Shown one piece after another: positions 53,322-63,582 of a DNA stretch of 64,000 nt. The position numbers were made by a program, and so were the translations under genes. The notes beneath the pieces were generated by a model, which saw only the letters and a program-made list of their open reading frames with translations, searched no databases and was not told the origin of the DNA. The DNA comes from Nitrosopumilus sp. (GTDB lineage: Archaea; Thermoproteota; Nitrososphaeria; Nitrososphaerales; Nitrosopumilaceae). Location of the stretch: NCBI GenBank assembly GCA_965207445.1, contig CBDBLX010000002.1, forward strand, positions 416,001 through 480,000, given 5' to 3'. Position 1 is the stretch's first letter. Each line of letters begins with the position of its first letter.

Positions 53322-54449
53322 TTGAACAAGTTGGATTCTAGGCAAGGTGTTCCTAAAGGGTGGGCCATGACCAAATTAAATGCCATTGGGCAGATCACTG
53401 GCGGTGGCACTCCGGATTCAACAAACTTGAGATATTGGGGTGGAGACGTACTTTGGGCAGTTCCAACAGACATTACAAAATTGTTAACAAACTATATTCA
53501 TGATACAGAAAGAAAAATCACAAAATTAGGATTGAAAAACAGTTCTGCAAAACTACTTCCTGCTGGGACTGTTTTAATTACCACTCGAGCTACAATTGGA
53601 GAATGCGCAATTACTGCCAAGTCCATATCTACAAATCAAGGATTTCAAAACATAACCTGCAATAACAACTTTGATAACTTGTATGTATTTTATATGATAA
53701 AATACAATACAAACAAACTATTGCGTATGTCGTATGGAACTACTTTTCTTGAAATTTCAAAATCTACAATTAAAAATATAAAAATTAAAATTCCAAAACA
53801 AAAATTTGAGCAAACTAAGATTGCATCAATCCTTTCGGGAGTTGATGCATTGATAGAGTTGACACAACAAATGGTTGATAAGACTAAGCAATTAAAGAAA
53901 GGACTCACGAAAACATTGTTAACCAGAGGGATTGGCCACACGGAATTTATAACGAAGATTCTGGGGAACGTTGCCGAATTCACAAGTGGAGAATTTTTAG
54001 CAACAAAAGATTACAACCGTGGCAAGATCCCTGTTTATGGTGGAAATGGGATTTCCGGACATCATAATAAGGAACTAATTGCATATGATACAATAATTTT
54101 TGGCAGAGTAGGCGCATATTGCGGTTCAATACATTTTTCAAATGGCAAATCTTGGGTCACTGACAATGCCATATTTATTAGAAATCTCTCGGAACATATT
54201 ATCATAGAATATCTTTACAGATTTTTATCCCATTTGAATATTCGACTTTTAGCTGAAGTATCTGCACAGCCAAAAATCACCCAAGACATTCTCACGCATA
54301 TTAAGATCCGGTTTCCAAGTATAGACAAACAACGTAAAATTGCATCAATCCTGTCAGGGGTTGACGCGGTCTACAGCCATCTTGTACATGTCAATATGCA
54401 CGTGAAACGGGCAATCTTTTTAATGTTCTTAAAGTCAGTAGTATCATGA
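53322..54449 (+). CDS. hsdS: Type I R-M specificity subunit, second copy, lacking the canonical C-terminal tail
   Basis: VPKGW, GGTP, two TRDs each followed by Q.KIASILSGVDA. Confidence 0.9.
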   Translation: MNKLDSRQGVPKGWAMTKLNAIGQITGGGTPDSTNLRYWGGDVLWAVPTDITKLLTNYIHDTERKITKLGLKNSSAKLLPAGTVLITTRATIGECAITAKSISTNQGFQNITCNNNFDNLYVFYMIKYNTNKLLRMSYGTTFLEISKSTIKNIKIKIPKQKFEQTKIASILSGVDALIELTQQMVDKTKQLKKGLTKTLLTRGIGHTEFITKILGNVAEFTSGEFLATKDYNRGKIPVYGGNGISGHHNKELIAYDTIIFGRVGAYCGSIHFSNGKSWVTDNAIFIRNLSEHIIIEYLYRFLSHLNIRLLAEVSAQPKITQDILTHIKIRFPSIDKQRKIASILSGVDAVYSHLVHVNMHVKRAIFLMFLKSVVS

Positions 54450-54658
54450 GTACCACTATCCAGAAGAAGACATACTCGGTCACCATAACCAAAGATGATG
54501 AAGGACTTTTCATCGGGAGATGTGATGAACTACATGCAAATTCACAAGGTGAATCGTTTGGAGAGATTGTAGAAAACATGAAAGACGCGGTAGGACTTGT
54601 GGCCGAAGAAGTAGACAACATAGCAGACTTTAACATGCTTATAATAGAACAGAAATGA
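54446..54658 (+). CDS. hicB: HicB-family antitoxin, copy 2
   Basis: Paralogue of 51844-52056. Confidence 0.85.
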   Translation: MSTTIQKKTYSVTITKDDEGLFIGRCDELHANSQGESFGEIVENMKDAVGLVAEEVDNIADFNMLIIEQK

Positions 54659-54891
54659 CAAAGACGCCCAGAATATCAGGTAACCAAATGACACGATATC
54701 TACAAAGAAAAGGATACGTTATAATTTGCAGAAAGGGAAGTCATATAATGTTAAGAAAAGAAGACGTCATTACAACTGTACCTGCTGGAATCAAAACATT
54801 AGGTATTGGAATACAATACGCCATCCTTACTGATGTCAGTATATCAAAAACAGAATTCATTAATGATTACGATTGTGGGTTGATAAAGTAA
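54655..54891 (+). CDS. hicA: HicA-family toxin, copy 2
   Basis: L..KGY...RKGSH, TVP. Confidence 0.82.
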   Translation: MTKTPRISGNQMTRYLQRKGYVIICRKGSHIMLRKEDVITTVPAGIKTLGIGIQYAILTDVSISKTEFINDYDCGLIK

Positions 54892-54946
54892 CTGACAAAG
54901 GATACAGACATGGGTATAAAATAGAACTGTTGAAAGCATACAATAC

Positions 54947-55868
54947 TTGATCAAACCAATACGTCAAAGGAGTCTGATCTTGTTTGAAGAATCAATCAAG
55001 TCAAAATACACTAAAAGGAACTACACATCACACATAAATCAATTCAAAAGATTTACGAGTGTATCAAGCTTTGATCAATGGCTAGAAATTTCATCAAAAG
55101 ATTTGCAAGTAATGTTAGAAGACTATGCAATACATCTAAGACACACCGCCAATCCCAATTCCATACCATCGCTATTCAAGGGAATAAGACATTTTTTTTG
55201 TGATGAATCAGGTTGATCTCAATTGGCATGTGATATACAAAATGTTTCCACAAAAACAAAAAGTAGTAGATCTAAAGTCATATACCACAAATGATGTTCG
55301 TTCAATACTATCTCATGCGATCAGTCTTAGGGATAAAGCACTGATCCATTTTCTTGCGTCAACAGGCGCAAGAATAGGGGTATTTGATCATAACTTGTCA
55401 ATCAAACATCTAAAAAAAATGCCGGCCGGATGCACAGCAGTACTGCTTTATGCCGAGACGGTTGAAGAATACTGGGCGTTTCTCACCCGTCAGGCCACAC
55501 TAGCACTTGAAGTATACCATCGCTTGCGCAAACACAAAGGAGAAACATTTCATTCCAACACTCCCGTCTTTTCTACATTAAAATTTGGCCCACGCCAGCT
55601 TGGTTGGAGTGGCTCTCGGTCTGCAATATACAGAATCGTGTCAAAAAGTGGCATACGACTTAAGCAAGGTGATCGTTTTGACATTCAAGTGGATCATGGA
55701 TTTCGAAAACGATACAATACAATTCTCAAGCTTGAGAATTCAGTTAACTATAACATTGCAGAAAAACTTATGGGCCACAAAAATGGTTTGGATGGAGTAT
55801 ATTTTACACCATCCTTGAACGAATTATTTAGTGAGTTTAAAAAAGTGAGATCTAAATTAGAAGTTTAG
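54947..55868 (+). pseudogene. Tyrosine recombinase split by a +1 frameshift in a T8 run (55192-55199)
   Basis: STGAR, HGFRK, LMGH and catalytic Y intact; T7 would fuse 54947-55216 and 55200-55868. Confidence 0.88.
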
Positions 55869-55886
55869 TTAACACGTCACTTTTAG

Positions 55887-57191
55887 TTACACTTTTACAC
55901 GTATTTGTCCTGTTAGAAGCTTTTGCATAAGGCCTTTTTTCAATTCTTCCAGTTTTTTCTTATATTCCTGATTTTTTTGGATGTATGCGTCAACCCCTGA
56001 CAGGATTGATGCAATCTTGGTTTGTTCTGCTAATGTTGGTATGGGGAATTTGAAACCAACAAAGTTTTTTTGATACAAGTGGTTTATGGTAGAACCTGCT
56101 TTAAGTTTATTCAAGAATTTTTCAAAATAATCTGAAAATAATATGTAGTATAGAAACAGCGGTCTGTATTGATTATCAATTGGACGTATTACGAATACAC
56201 CACTATTCAAAGTCGCAGGTTTTTTTGGCAACGACACAAATGCAATCTTTCCTATTGTACCATCCTTCGTAACTAGAATATCTGCATTTTTCAATTGAAT
56301 ATTTGGATCTTGAATGTAACGATCTTTGTTTACGTAGACACAATTCTCCCAATCGATTTTGCCATTTTTAAAATCTGTACCTGTGACAAGGTGGTAATTC
56401 CCAGTAACAAGATATTCGGATGTGGTTAAACCTTGCCAACCGATCCTACCTTTTAAACTAGAATTCTTGCCAAGTTGCTGTGTTTTCCATTCTTTTGGAA
56501 TTTCAATCTTTTTGCCAAAAAGCCATTTTACTTTCTTAAACTTTTTGTGATTTATCCCTCGGGTCAACAACTGTTGCATCAATCCTCTTTTCAGATTTTC
56601 ATATTTCACTATGATCTGCTGCGTCTTCTCAATCAATGCATCAACTCCCGAAAGGATTGATGCAATCTTGGTTTGTTCTTGCAACGTGGGTAGTAATATT
56701 GGTAACTTTGAATACTGTTGTGCGTTAACATTTGGTTGCACGCCTTGCGTTAATTCAGAAGTTACCCATGTCCAGTATACGTCGCCGTGCGTATAATGAT
56801 GAAGAAAAACAGGCAATATCCTTTTCTCATTTAATTTAAATCGTATCAAATATCCTGCGTAAACACAAAGACCCTGATCTGAAGAAAACAAAAATGTCCT
56901 TCCAACAGAACCGGTTCGTGCAAAAAGAAAATCGTTTTGTTCAAGTACATATTGTTGATTGTTTGTTAATTTAGCAGAGACTTTTTCATCTTTCAACTGT
57001 CCTGCATCATTAATGTCGGTGATTCGTATATACCTAGCTAATTTTGAATCATATGGGAGTGCAGCATCCCCACTTCCATACTCTGGTTTTCTAGATGATA
57101 TGTCAATTAATTTTTGAATTTTCCACTCTTCTGGAATTTTAATCTCTTTGCCAAACAGCCATTTGACTTTTTTATACTTAGATTTATTCAT
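55887..57191 (-). CDS. hsdS: Type I R-M specificity subunit, complete
   Basis: Two IP.EW-TRD-EQTKIASILSGVDA units; KKGLMQKLLTG tail. Confidence 0.95.
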   Translation of the reverse strand: MNKSKYKKVKWLFGKEIKIPEEWKIQKLIDISSRKPEYGSGDAALPYDSKLARYIRITDINDAGQLKDEKVSAKLTNNQQYVLEQNDFLFARTGSVGRTFLFSSDQGLCVYAGYLIRFKLNEKRILPVFLHHYTHGDVYWTWVTSELTQGVQPNVNAQQYSKLPILLPTLQEQTKIASILSGVDALIEKTQQIIVKYENLKRGLMQQLLTRGINHKKFKKVKWLFGKKIEIPKEWKTQQLGKNSSLKGRIGWQGLTTSEYLVTGNYHLVTGTDFKNGKIDWENCVYVNKDRYIQDPNIQLKNADILVTKDGTIGKIAFVSLPKKPATLNSGVFVIRPIDNQYRPLFLYYILFSDYFEKFLNKLKAGSTINHLYQKNFVGFKFPIPTLAEQTKIASILSGVDAYIQKNQEYKKKLEELKKGLMQKLLTGQIRVKV

Positions 57192-57194
57192 GAT

Positions 57195-58676
57195 CTATAC
57201 CTTAAACTTTAGTTCTTTGAGATCTTGCCATACCTTGGATTCAAGTTTCGCACGTTCCTTGTCGAGTTTTTTTAAATCTGTAATTACATTTTGAATATCT
57301 ATTTCTTCCTCAGGTTCTGAAATGTCTACGTATCTGGGTACGTTAAGATTGAATTCATTCTCTTTTAATTCGTCATAATCTGCAACATGAGAATATCTGT
57401 CAATGTCCTTGAATGTATGAAATGTCTTTGTAATTTTTGTAATGTCTTGATCTCTTAACTTGTTTCTGTTTTTGCCTTCTTGGTATTCTTTTGCAGCATA
57501 AATGAATATCATCTTGTTCTTGCGTACTTTGGGTTTTTTGCGGTTTAGTATCATGACACATGCAGGAATACTCGTCCCAAAAAACAATTTTTCTGGAAGT
57601 GCAATTATGCCTTCTATAATGTCCTGATTTATCATATTTTCACGTATTTGGCCCTCGATGCCGCCCCTGAACAACACGCCTTGCGAGCATATGATTGCGG
57701 CCTGACCAGTGTTGTTAAGGTGAGAAAACATATGCTGGATAAAGGCAAAGTCTGCTTTGCCATTTGAGGGTGGTATGCCAAATTCAAATCTTCTGTGCGA
57801 ATCACTTTCGGCAGCCTTGTTGTCCCAATCCATTGAAAACGGAAAATTGGCAAGCACTCTGTCGTATTTCTTGATGCTGCCCTTGTCGATAAGCTGCGGA
57901 TTTGATAACACATCTCCATATGCAATTGTAAAGTGCGTGATTCCGTGCAAAACCATGTTCATCTTACACATTGCCAGATTGCCATAGTTTGACTCTTGTC
58001 CATCCAGCACCATGTTCCTTGGATCTCCTTTTTCTTTCTCTACGTGTTTTCTCGATATAATTAACATGCCTCCAGATCCGCATGTTGGATCGCATATGCG
58101 CATGCCTTCTTTTGGCTGTGTTATGTTCACTAGAAGACTTACAACCTCACGTGGTGTAAAAAATTCACCTCCCTTCTTTTTTGTTGCATCTGCAAACTGC
58201 TCTAGCAGATACTCATATGCATCACCAAATATGTCCTCTTTTTCAAGATCAGAATTTCTAAGCTGTGGCTCGTTGAAATGTGTGACAAGCTTTGCAAGCT
58301 TGTCATCAGGATATTTTTTGGGATCTGAATATTTTGTATTTGTAAGGACACCCTCAAGCTTTGGATTTGCTCTTTCAATCTCTTTGCATGTCTTGTCTAT
58401 CTTCTCACCTATTTTCTTACTTGTTGTCTGCAGCTTGCGCCACCTTGCATCTTTTGGAACAAAAAAGTCGTGAAAGATCTCCATATTTGCTTCCGTTTCA
58501 TTTTTCCCCTGTTTTCTAAGATTCTCTACATTTTCTTCGAATCTATCATTAAGGCGCTTGAGAAACAACAATGTCATTACAGGCTGCCTGTATTCTGAAG
58601 CGTCTAGGCTGCCACGCAAGATGTCTGATGCCTTCCAGAGATGGGACTTGAGTGTCTCTAGTGTTACTTTACTCAA
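57195..58676 (-). CDS. hsdM: Type I R-M methyltransferase subunit
   Basis: GEFFTP, DPTCGSGG, ANFPF motif IV variant. Confidence 0.95.
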   Translation of the reverse strand: MSKVTLETLKSHLWKASDILRGSLDASEYRQPVMTLLFLKRLNDRFEENVENLRKQGKNETEANMEIFHDFFVPKDARWRKLQTTSKKIGEKIDKTCKEIERANPKLEGVLTNTKYSDPKKYPDDKLAKLVTHFNEPQLRNSDLEKEDIFGDAYEYLLEQFADATKKKGGEFFTPREVVSLLVNITQPKEGMRICDPTCGSGGMLIISRKHVEKEKGDPRNMVLDGQESNYGNLAMCKMNMVLHGITHFTIAYGDVLSNPQLIDKGSIKKYDRVLANFPFSMDWDNKAAESDSHRRFEFGIPPSNGKADFAFIQHMFSHLNNTGQAAIICSQGVLFRGGIEGQIRENMINQDIIEGIIALPEKLFFGTSIPACVMILNRKKPKVRKNKMIFIYAAKEYQEGKNRNKLRDQDITKITKTFHTFKDIDRYSHVADYDELKENEFNLNVPRYVDISEPEEEIDIQNVITDLKKLDKERAKLESKVWQDLKELKFKV

Positions 58677-58760
58677 TGCACCTTGGACTATACCTGGCTT
58701 AATAGCAGTTACCCTGAAACAAACTACAAAGTTTTTACGTATGAATTTCCCAATATAACC

Positions 58761-61748
58761 ATGTTCACTGTAGGCAAAGGTGATGAAGTAACAGAATCAG
58801 AGCTCCCCGCCTTGGAGCAACTCTATGCTATGGGGTATGAATATATGGACTCTGCAGACCTTGCAGGGGAGCGGCGTGACTGTGGTACGGTCCTTCTCTA
58901 TGGTAGGCTTGAAGATGCCATTAGGCGACTTAATCCAAATCTTGATGAGGATGGCATCAAAGATGCTTTGGCACAGATTGACGAGGACAACTATGCGCAC
59001 CACCTAGATATCGTAGATACAAATGAAAAGATCAGGGCCAAGCTTGTGGAACTGTCAGTTTCTGGTGGCTTGAATCCGATCACGGTGACACAAAAAACAG
59101 ATGATGGCCCAATCGACACGAGGGTTCGTATTTTTGACTTTGAAAATACACAAACCAATAATTTTTTGGTAACGAATCAGTTTCGCCTCAACGGATTTGA
59201 ACATTACATTATACCGGATATCGTAATTTTTGTAAATGGTATACCGTTGGTTATCATAGAATGCAAATCACCCGCAACACCGGATCCAATTCTTGATGCA
59301 GTAGAGCGAAAAAATTTTGCCAAATACCAGCAACAAAACCAGGGGTACGAACGCCTTTTCTTTTACAATCATTGCCTGATTGCCACATGTGGCACATTGG
59401 CCCGTGTTGGAACCATACGTGCAAGTGTAAATCATTTTGCAAAATGGACCACTCCGAACCCATTGACTAGTGAAGATGTTGAGAAAATGTGTGGGCGAAA
59501 ACCCCGCGAGCAAGAGATACTAATTGCAGGATTACTGTCAAAAGAAAACTTACTTGATCACCTTCAAAACTTTGTATTGTATGAAACACGAAATGCCAAG
59601 CGCATCAAAATGATTGCCAAGCATCAGCAATTTCGTGCCGTGAATCAATGCATAAAAAAGACATCGGTACCTGCAGGAGACAAGGGAGGAGTAATATGGC
59701 ACACCCAAGGATCGGGCAAATCATTTTCCATGCTGTGGTTTGCAACCCAGCTGAGGTACAAGTTTGACAACCCTCCAATACTCATAGTCACTGACAGAAG
59801 ACAACTGGACAAGCAGATTCACGACACGTTTAGAAAATGCGGCTTTCCTGATCCAATCAAGGCTATGTCTGGTGCTCATCTTTCTGAGCTACTCAAATAC
59901 CCTCATGGCAAGACCATCATGACAATAATTGACAAATTTGCAACTCCCACCAAATCATTTACCGATGAAAAGGTGATATGTCTGGTGGACGAAGCTCACC
60001 GAAGCCAGTACAAGATGAACGCTGCTCAAATGAGAATTGCAATGCCCAATGCCATATTCTTTGCCTTTACCGGCACGCCAATTACAAAAAATGAACAATC
60101 CCACACGTATCGGGTTTTCGGAGAACTGCTTGACAAGTACGGGTTTGAGGAATCCCAAAATGATGGCTCTACACTCCCGATCAAATACGATGGAAGAATG
60201 CCTCGTCTGTACGTGGAGGGTGAGAATTCAATAGATGAAATATTTGATAGAATATTCTCTGATCTTGATCCTTCTCTAAAAAACACACTCAAAAAACGAT
60301 ATGTGACCAAAACAAGTATTGCAGAGGCCCCACACAGAATCGCGCAGATAGTATCGGATTTGATCAACCATTACACGCAACACATAGAACCTAACGGATA
60401 CAAGGCGATGCTAGTTGCACCTTCAAGGGAGGCAGCAGTCACATACAAAAAGAGAATTGACGAGATGAGAGGCCCTGTCTCAAAGATAATTATGACATCA
60501 GAACCAGGCGAAGTGGGCAAGGACGGGACCAGTTGGGACGAATACCATCTTACATCTGAACAACGCAATATTGAATCTGAAAAATTCAAAAACCCCGACG
60601 ATCCGACCAAGATTCTCATAGTCGTTGACATGTTACTTGTAGGGTATGACGCTCCAATATGCCAAGTGCTCTATCTTGATCGCAGCATACGTGAACACAA
60701 TCTACTTCAGGCCATCGCACGTGTAAACCGGCCTTATGATGACACAAAGAAGTACGGATTGGTCGTGGACTATTCAGGGGTTATGTTGGATCTGCAAAAG
60801 GCCCTTGATGCATTTGATACAAAGGATGTGAGTGGAGCTCTGACACCCGTCTCTGAACTTCTTGCTATACTTTGTATGCGGCATGCAGAAACAATGTCTC
60901 TGTTTGACAGAGTCGATATTACTGACAAAGATCAGGTGCTTGAGCACTTTGGTTCTGAGCACAGTCGCGACTTGTTGGCGCGCAGATTTAGACTGTTTTC
61001 AAGCGCCTTGGATTCAGTTCTTCCAGGGAAAGAGGCAGAACCTTATATGGATGACTTTAAGGCTGTGGCCGTTGCATGGCAGACCGTAAAAACGTTTTAC
61101 ACTAATGATACATACAGTACCCATCGATATGCAAAAAAGATTCAGAAAATTATAGACAAGCATATACACTCCCTTGGCATATCTATACTTGTGGATCCAA
61201 CTGAAATAACACATGAGAATTTCTTGGTAACAGTATCAAAACACGTTCCCAAAAACAAACGAGCACAAGCTGCCATGATCAAGAATCGGGCAATACAGAT
61301 AATCAAAGAGATGATGGCAAACAATCCCGCATACTATGAAAAACTCTATGCGCGACTTAAAAGACTGATTTGTGATGAAGAAGCACGTAGACAAAAAAAT
61401 GCAGGGTACTTTACCAACCCCGAGGCATATGAGGAAATCTACAATGAGGCCCTTGCAGAAGAAAAAGAACGCAAGAAAGTATTTGGAGCATATCATGCTA
61501 CACAGTTTGAATTTTCACTATATGGACGGCTTAATGAAACTCTGGGCAGGGATGCCTCACTTGACCTTACAAAGAAAATATTTAAACAGATAAAACCATT
61601 CACTGAAATGGTGGATTACAAGCAAAATCCCGGCATAGAAAAGGACATTAAAAAAATAGTATATGAAACACTGTCAAGTCACATGCCCCTTGCTCAAATA
61701 AACGACATTATGGATGAGACTGTGACACTTGTGAGGGTTGTGTTATAA
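58761..61748 (+). CDS. hsdR: Type I R-M restriction subunit
   Basis: PDIV..NG.PL..IECK, HTQGSGKS, DEAHR, FTGTP, QAIARVNR. Confidence 0.96.
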   Translation: MFTVGKGDEVTESELPALEQLYAMGYEYMDSADLAGERRDCGTVLLYGRLEDAIRRLNPNLDEDGIKDALAQIDEDNYAHHLDIVDTNEKIRAKLVELSVSGGLNPITVTQKTDDGPIDTRVRIFDFENTQTNNFLVTNQFRLNGFEHYIIPDIVIFVNGIPLVIIECKSPATPDPILDAVERKNFAKYQQQNQGYERLFFYNHCLIATCGTLARVGTIRASVNHFAKWTTPNPLTSEDVEKMCGRKPREQEILIAGLLSKENLLDHLQNFVLYETRNAKRIKMIAKHQQFRAVNQCIKKTSVPAGDKGGVIWHTQGSGKSFSMLWFATQLRYKFDNPPILIVTDRRQLDKQIHDTFRKCGFPDPIKAMSGAHLSELLKYPHGKTIMTIIDKFATPTKSFTDEKVICLVDEAHRSQYKMNAAQMRIAMPNAIFFAFTGTPITKNEQSHTYRVFGELLDKYGFEESQNDGSTLPIKYDGRMPRLYVEGENSIDEIFDRIFSDLDPSLKNTLKKRYVTKTSIAEAPHRIAQIVSDLINHYTQHIEPNGYKAMLVAPSREAAVTYKKRIDEMRGPVSKIIMTSEPGEVGKDGTSWDEYHLTSEQRNIESEKFKNPDDPTKILIVVDMLLVGYDAPICQVLYLDRSIREHNLLQAIARVNRPYDDTKKYGLVVDYSGVMLDLQKALDAFDTKDVSGALTPVSELLAILCMRHAETMSLFDRVDITDKDQVLEHFGSEHSRDLLARRFRLFSSALDSVLPGKEAEPYMDDFKAVAVAWQTVKTFYTNDTYSTHRYAKKIQKIIDKHIHSLGISILVDPTEITHENFLVTVSKHVPKNKRAQAAMIKNRAIQIIKEMMANNPAYYEKLYARLKRLICDEEARRQKNAGYFTNPEAYEEIYNEALAEEKERKKVFGAYHATQFEFSLYGRLNETLGRDASLDLTKKIFKQIKPFTEMVDYKQNPGIEKDIKKIVYETLSSHMPLAQINDIMDETVTLVRVVL

Positions 61749-61750
61749 GC

Positions 61751-62275
61751 ATGAGTATAGGTTCGATTTTGAATGGTATTCCCTATACCATAGTGAGGAG
61801 TCGGCGTAGAAAGACCTCTCAAATTCGCGTGGGCCCAGATGGTGTTGAGATACGGATTCCATTTGAAAAACAGGATGCAGATATCATAAAGATGCTTGTT
61901 CACTACCGTAAATGGATCTTAGAGAAATATCAAAAAATTCAAGCCGATAGGATGCGCTTTAAGATTCGATTGAATACATTACACATCATACAACGTACTT
62001 CTGATCTTGCACACAAAATCGGTGTAACGCCAACTGGTATTCTTATCAAACATCTTAAAACAAGGTGGGGAAGCGCTACATCTGATGGCATCATTACCAT
62101 TAATTCTAGATTATTAAAGGCCCCGGACCATGTGGTTGACTATATAATAATTCACGAGCTCTGCCATCTTAAAGTACATGATCATTCTGGTACATACTGG
62201 AACCTTGTAGAGCACCACGCACCTAAATATACAAAAAGCAGAAAATGGCTTGAAGAATATGGCCAATATATTTGA
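61751..62275 (+). CDS. YgjP/M48-like metallopeptidase commonly linked to type I R-M loci
   Basis: RS.RRKT, RWGS, IIHELCHL..H.HS. Confidence 0.88.
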   Translation: MSIGSILNGIPYTIVRSRRRKTSQIRVGPDGVEIRIPFEKQDADIIKMLVHYRKWILEKYQKIQADRMRFKIRLNTLHIIQRTSDLAHKIGVTPTGILIKHLKTRWGSATSDGIITINSRLLKAPDHVVDYIIIHELCHLKVHDHSGTYWNLVEHHAPKYTKSRKWLEEYGQYI

Positions 62276-62854
62276 GTCTAACTACCAAGTTGTAACCGTT
62301 CTTTGGGATACAAGTGGCAGACGCGTTTGTATATTGTGCCCTTAAACACAAAAACAAAAATTCAGAGTTTGTGCCATACTGGGATATCATATACAACAAG
62401 CTTGTAAGAGATGAGAATAAAGTTGTCGTTGGATGCAAAGAATACTCAGAATGAATGTCAGGAATGTGTAGCCGAGAACCCTCCACTAACACACCCTATT
62501 AACGATACACCGCATCGCTTTTGACAATATTATTTGAGAGTAAGTGTGTAATAAGATTTCAATTTAGCCAAATACTTCACTTTCAATTGAGGAACAAACC
62601 CAATTCAGTAGTTTGCAATGTGCCCAATTTTAATGATCTTATTTCTAATTATGCAGTACGACAGATTTACTATGCCAAGTAACTATCGTGCTCCAATTCC
62701 CATGAAGCAGTCTTCTGATTAATCCGGCAATTGAATCCATAAATGCATCCATTGTGAATAATTTTTCATCTGCAAGTCCGCCGTAATTTTCGTACCTTGT
62801 CATTACTCCCAAGCCATATGACAACATTCCAAAAAATATCAACAGTAATCAAAC

Positions 62855-63047
62855 CTACAAAGCGTTGCTAGTTGTCTTTGGAGTCGTGTTTTTTGTCACT
62901 ATATATCCCGCCTCTATTATCCAGCGCTTGCAACAAGTCTCTGGGATGGTTTTGATGAGTTTGCTTTTGTTAGTGATTTTCATATTTGTGGCAAATACTA
63001 CATACTGATCGACTATTTCATCAGTTTCTTTGGCATTGTTTTTTCTG
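62855..63047 (-). pseudogene. IS4/ISH3-type transposase C-terminal fragment
   Basis: VVFATN...IPE...KRW.IE.GY motif. Confidence 0.65.
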
Positions 63048-63196
63048 GTGTGAACCAAGCTCTTTGGACATAATAATGAAACCATATACTTGTATTTGGT
63101 CACATCCCTGCCTGCATATTGAGTACCGTACATGTGATACATTTGGCTAGAAGTTATTTTTGAATGATCATATCAGTCATGGAGGTTGATTCACAC
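63048..63196. mobile_element. Family B MITE
   Basis: GTGTGAACCAAG TIR; perfect 8-bp target duplication TTTTTCTG. Confidence 0.93.
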
Positions 63197-63465
63197 TTTT
63201 TCTGACGACGTAACGTGTCACCTCCCCCACCGCATCGTGCCTAAATAAGATCATACTAACATGAATATCATATTAGTGAACATATGTATCATCTGTGGAA
63301 GAACACGTCTCACAAGAATTATACGCGTCGATAATACTATGCGAGGCATTATGATTAACGTAATTTGAGATATTACTAGTACTCTAAACAAGTGACAAAA
63401 GTAAAGTTAACGTGGTTGAGCATTTACGTTTTCATTGTGGTGCATATACAGGGGGCATTTTATGG

Positions 63466-63571
63466 ACATGTGGATAAAACCAACCCTGTGAGGTTTACAT
63501 CTTGGTGCAATGACAACAAGTATAGTAGAAACTGCAACATGTGGATAAAACCAACCCTGTGAGGTTTACAT
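63466..63571 (+). repeat. Two identical 35-bp repeats with a 36-bp spacer
   Basis: ACATGTGGATAAAACCAACCCTGTGAGGTTTACAT at 63466 and 63537. Confidence 0.9.
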
Positions 63572-63582
63572 GTGTTATAGAT

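Noticed and set aside
62645..62842. 65-aa minus-strand ORF
   Set aside because: Possible gene fragment but not assignable.
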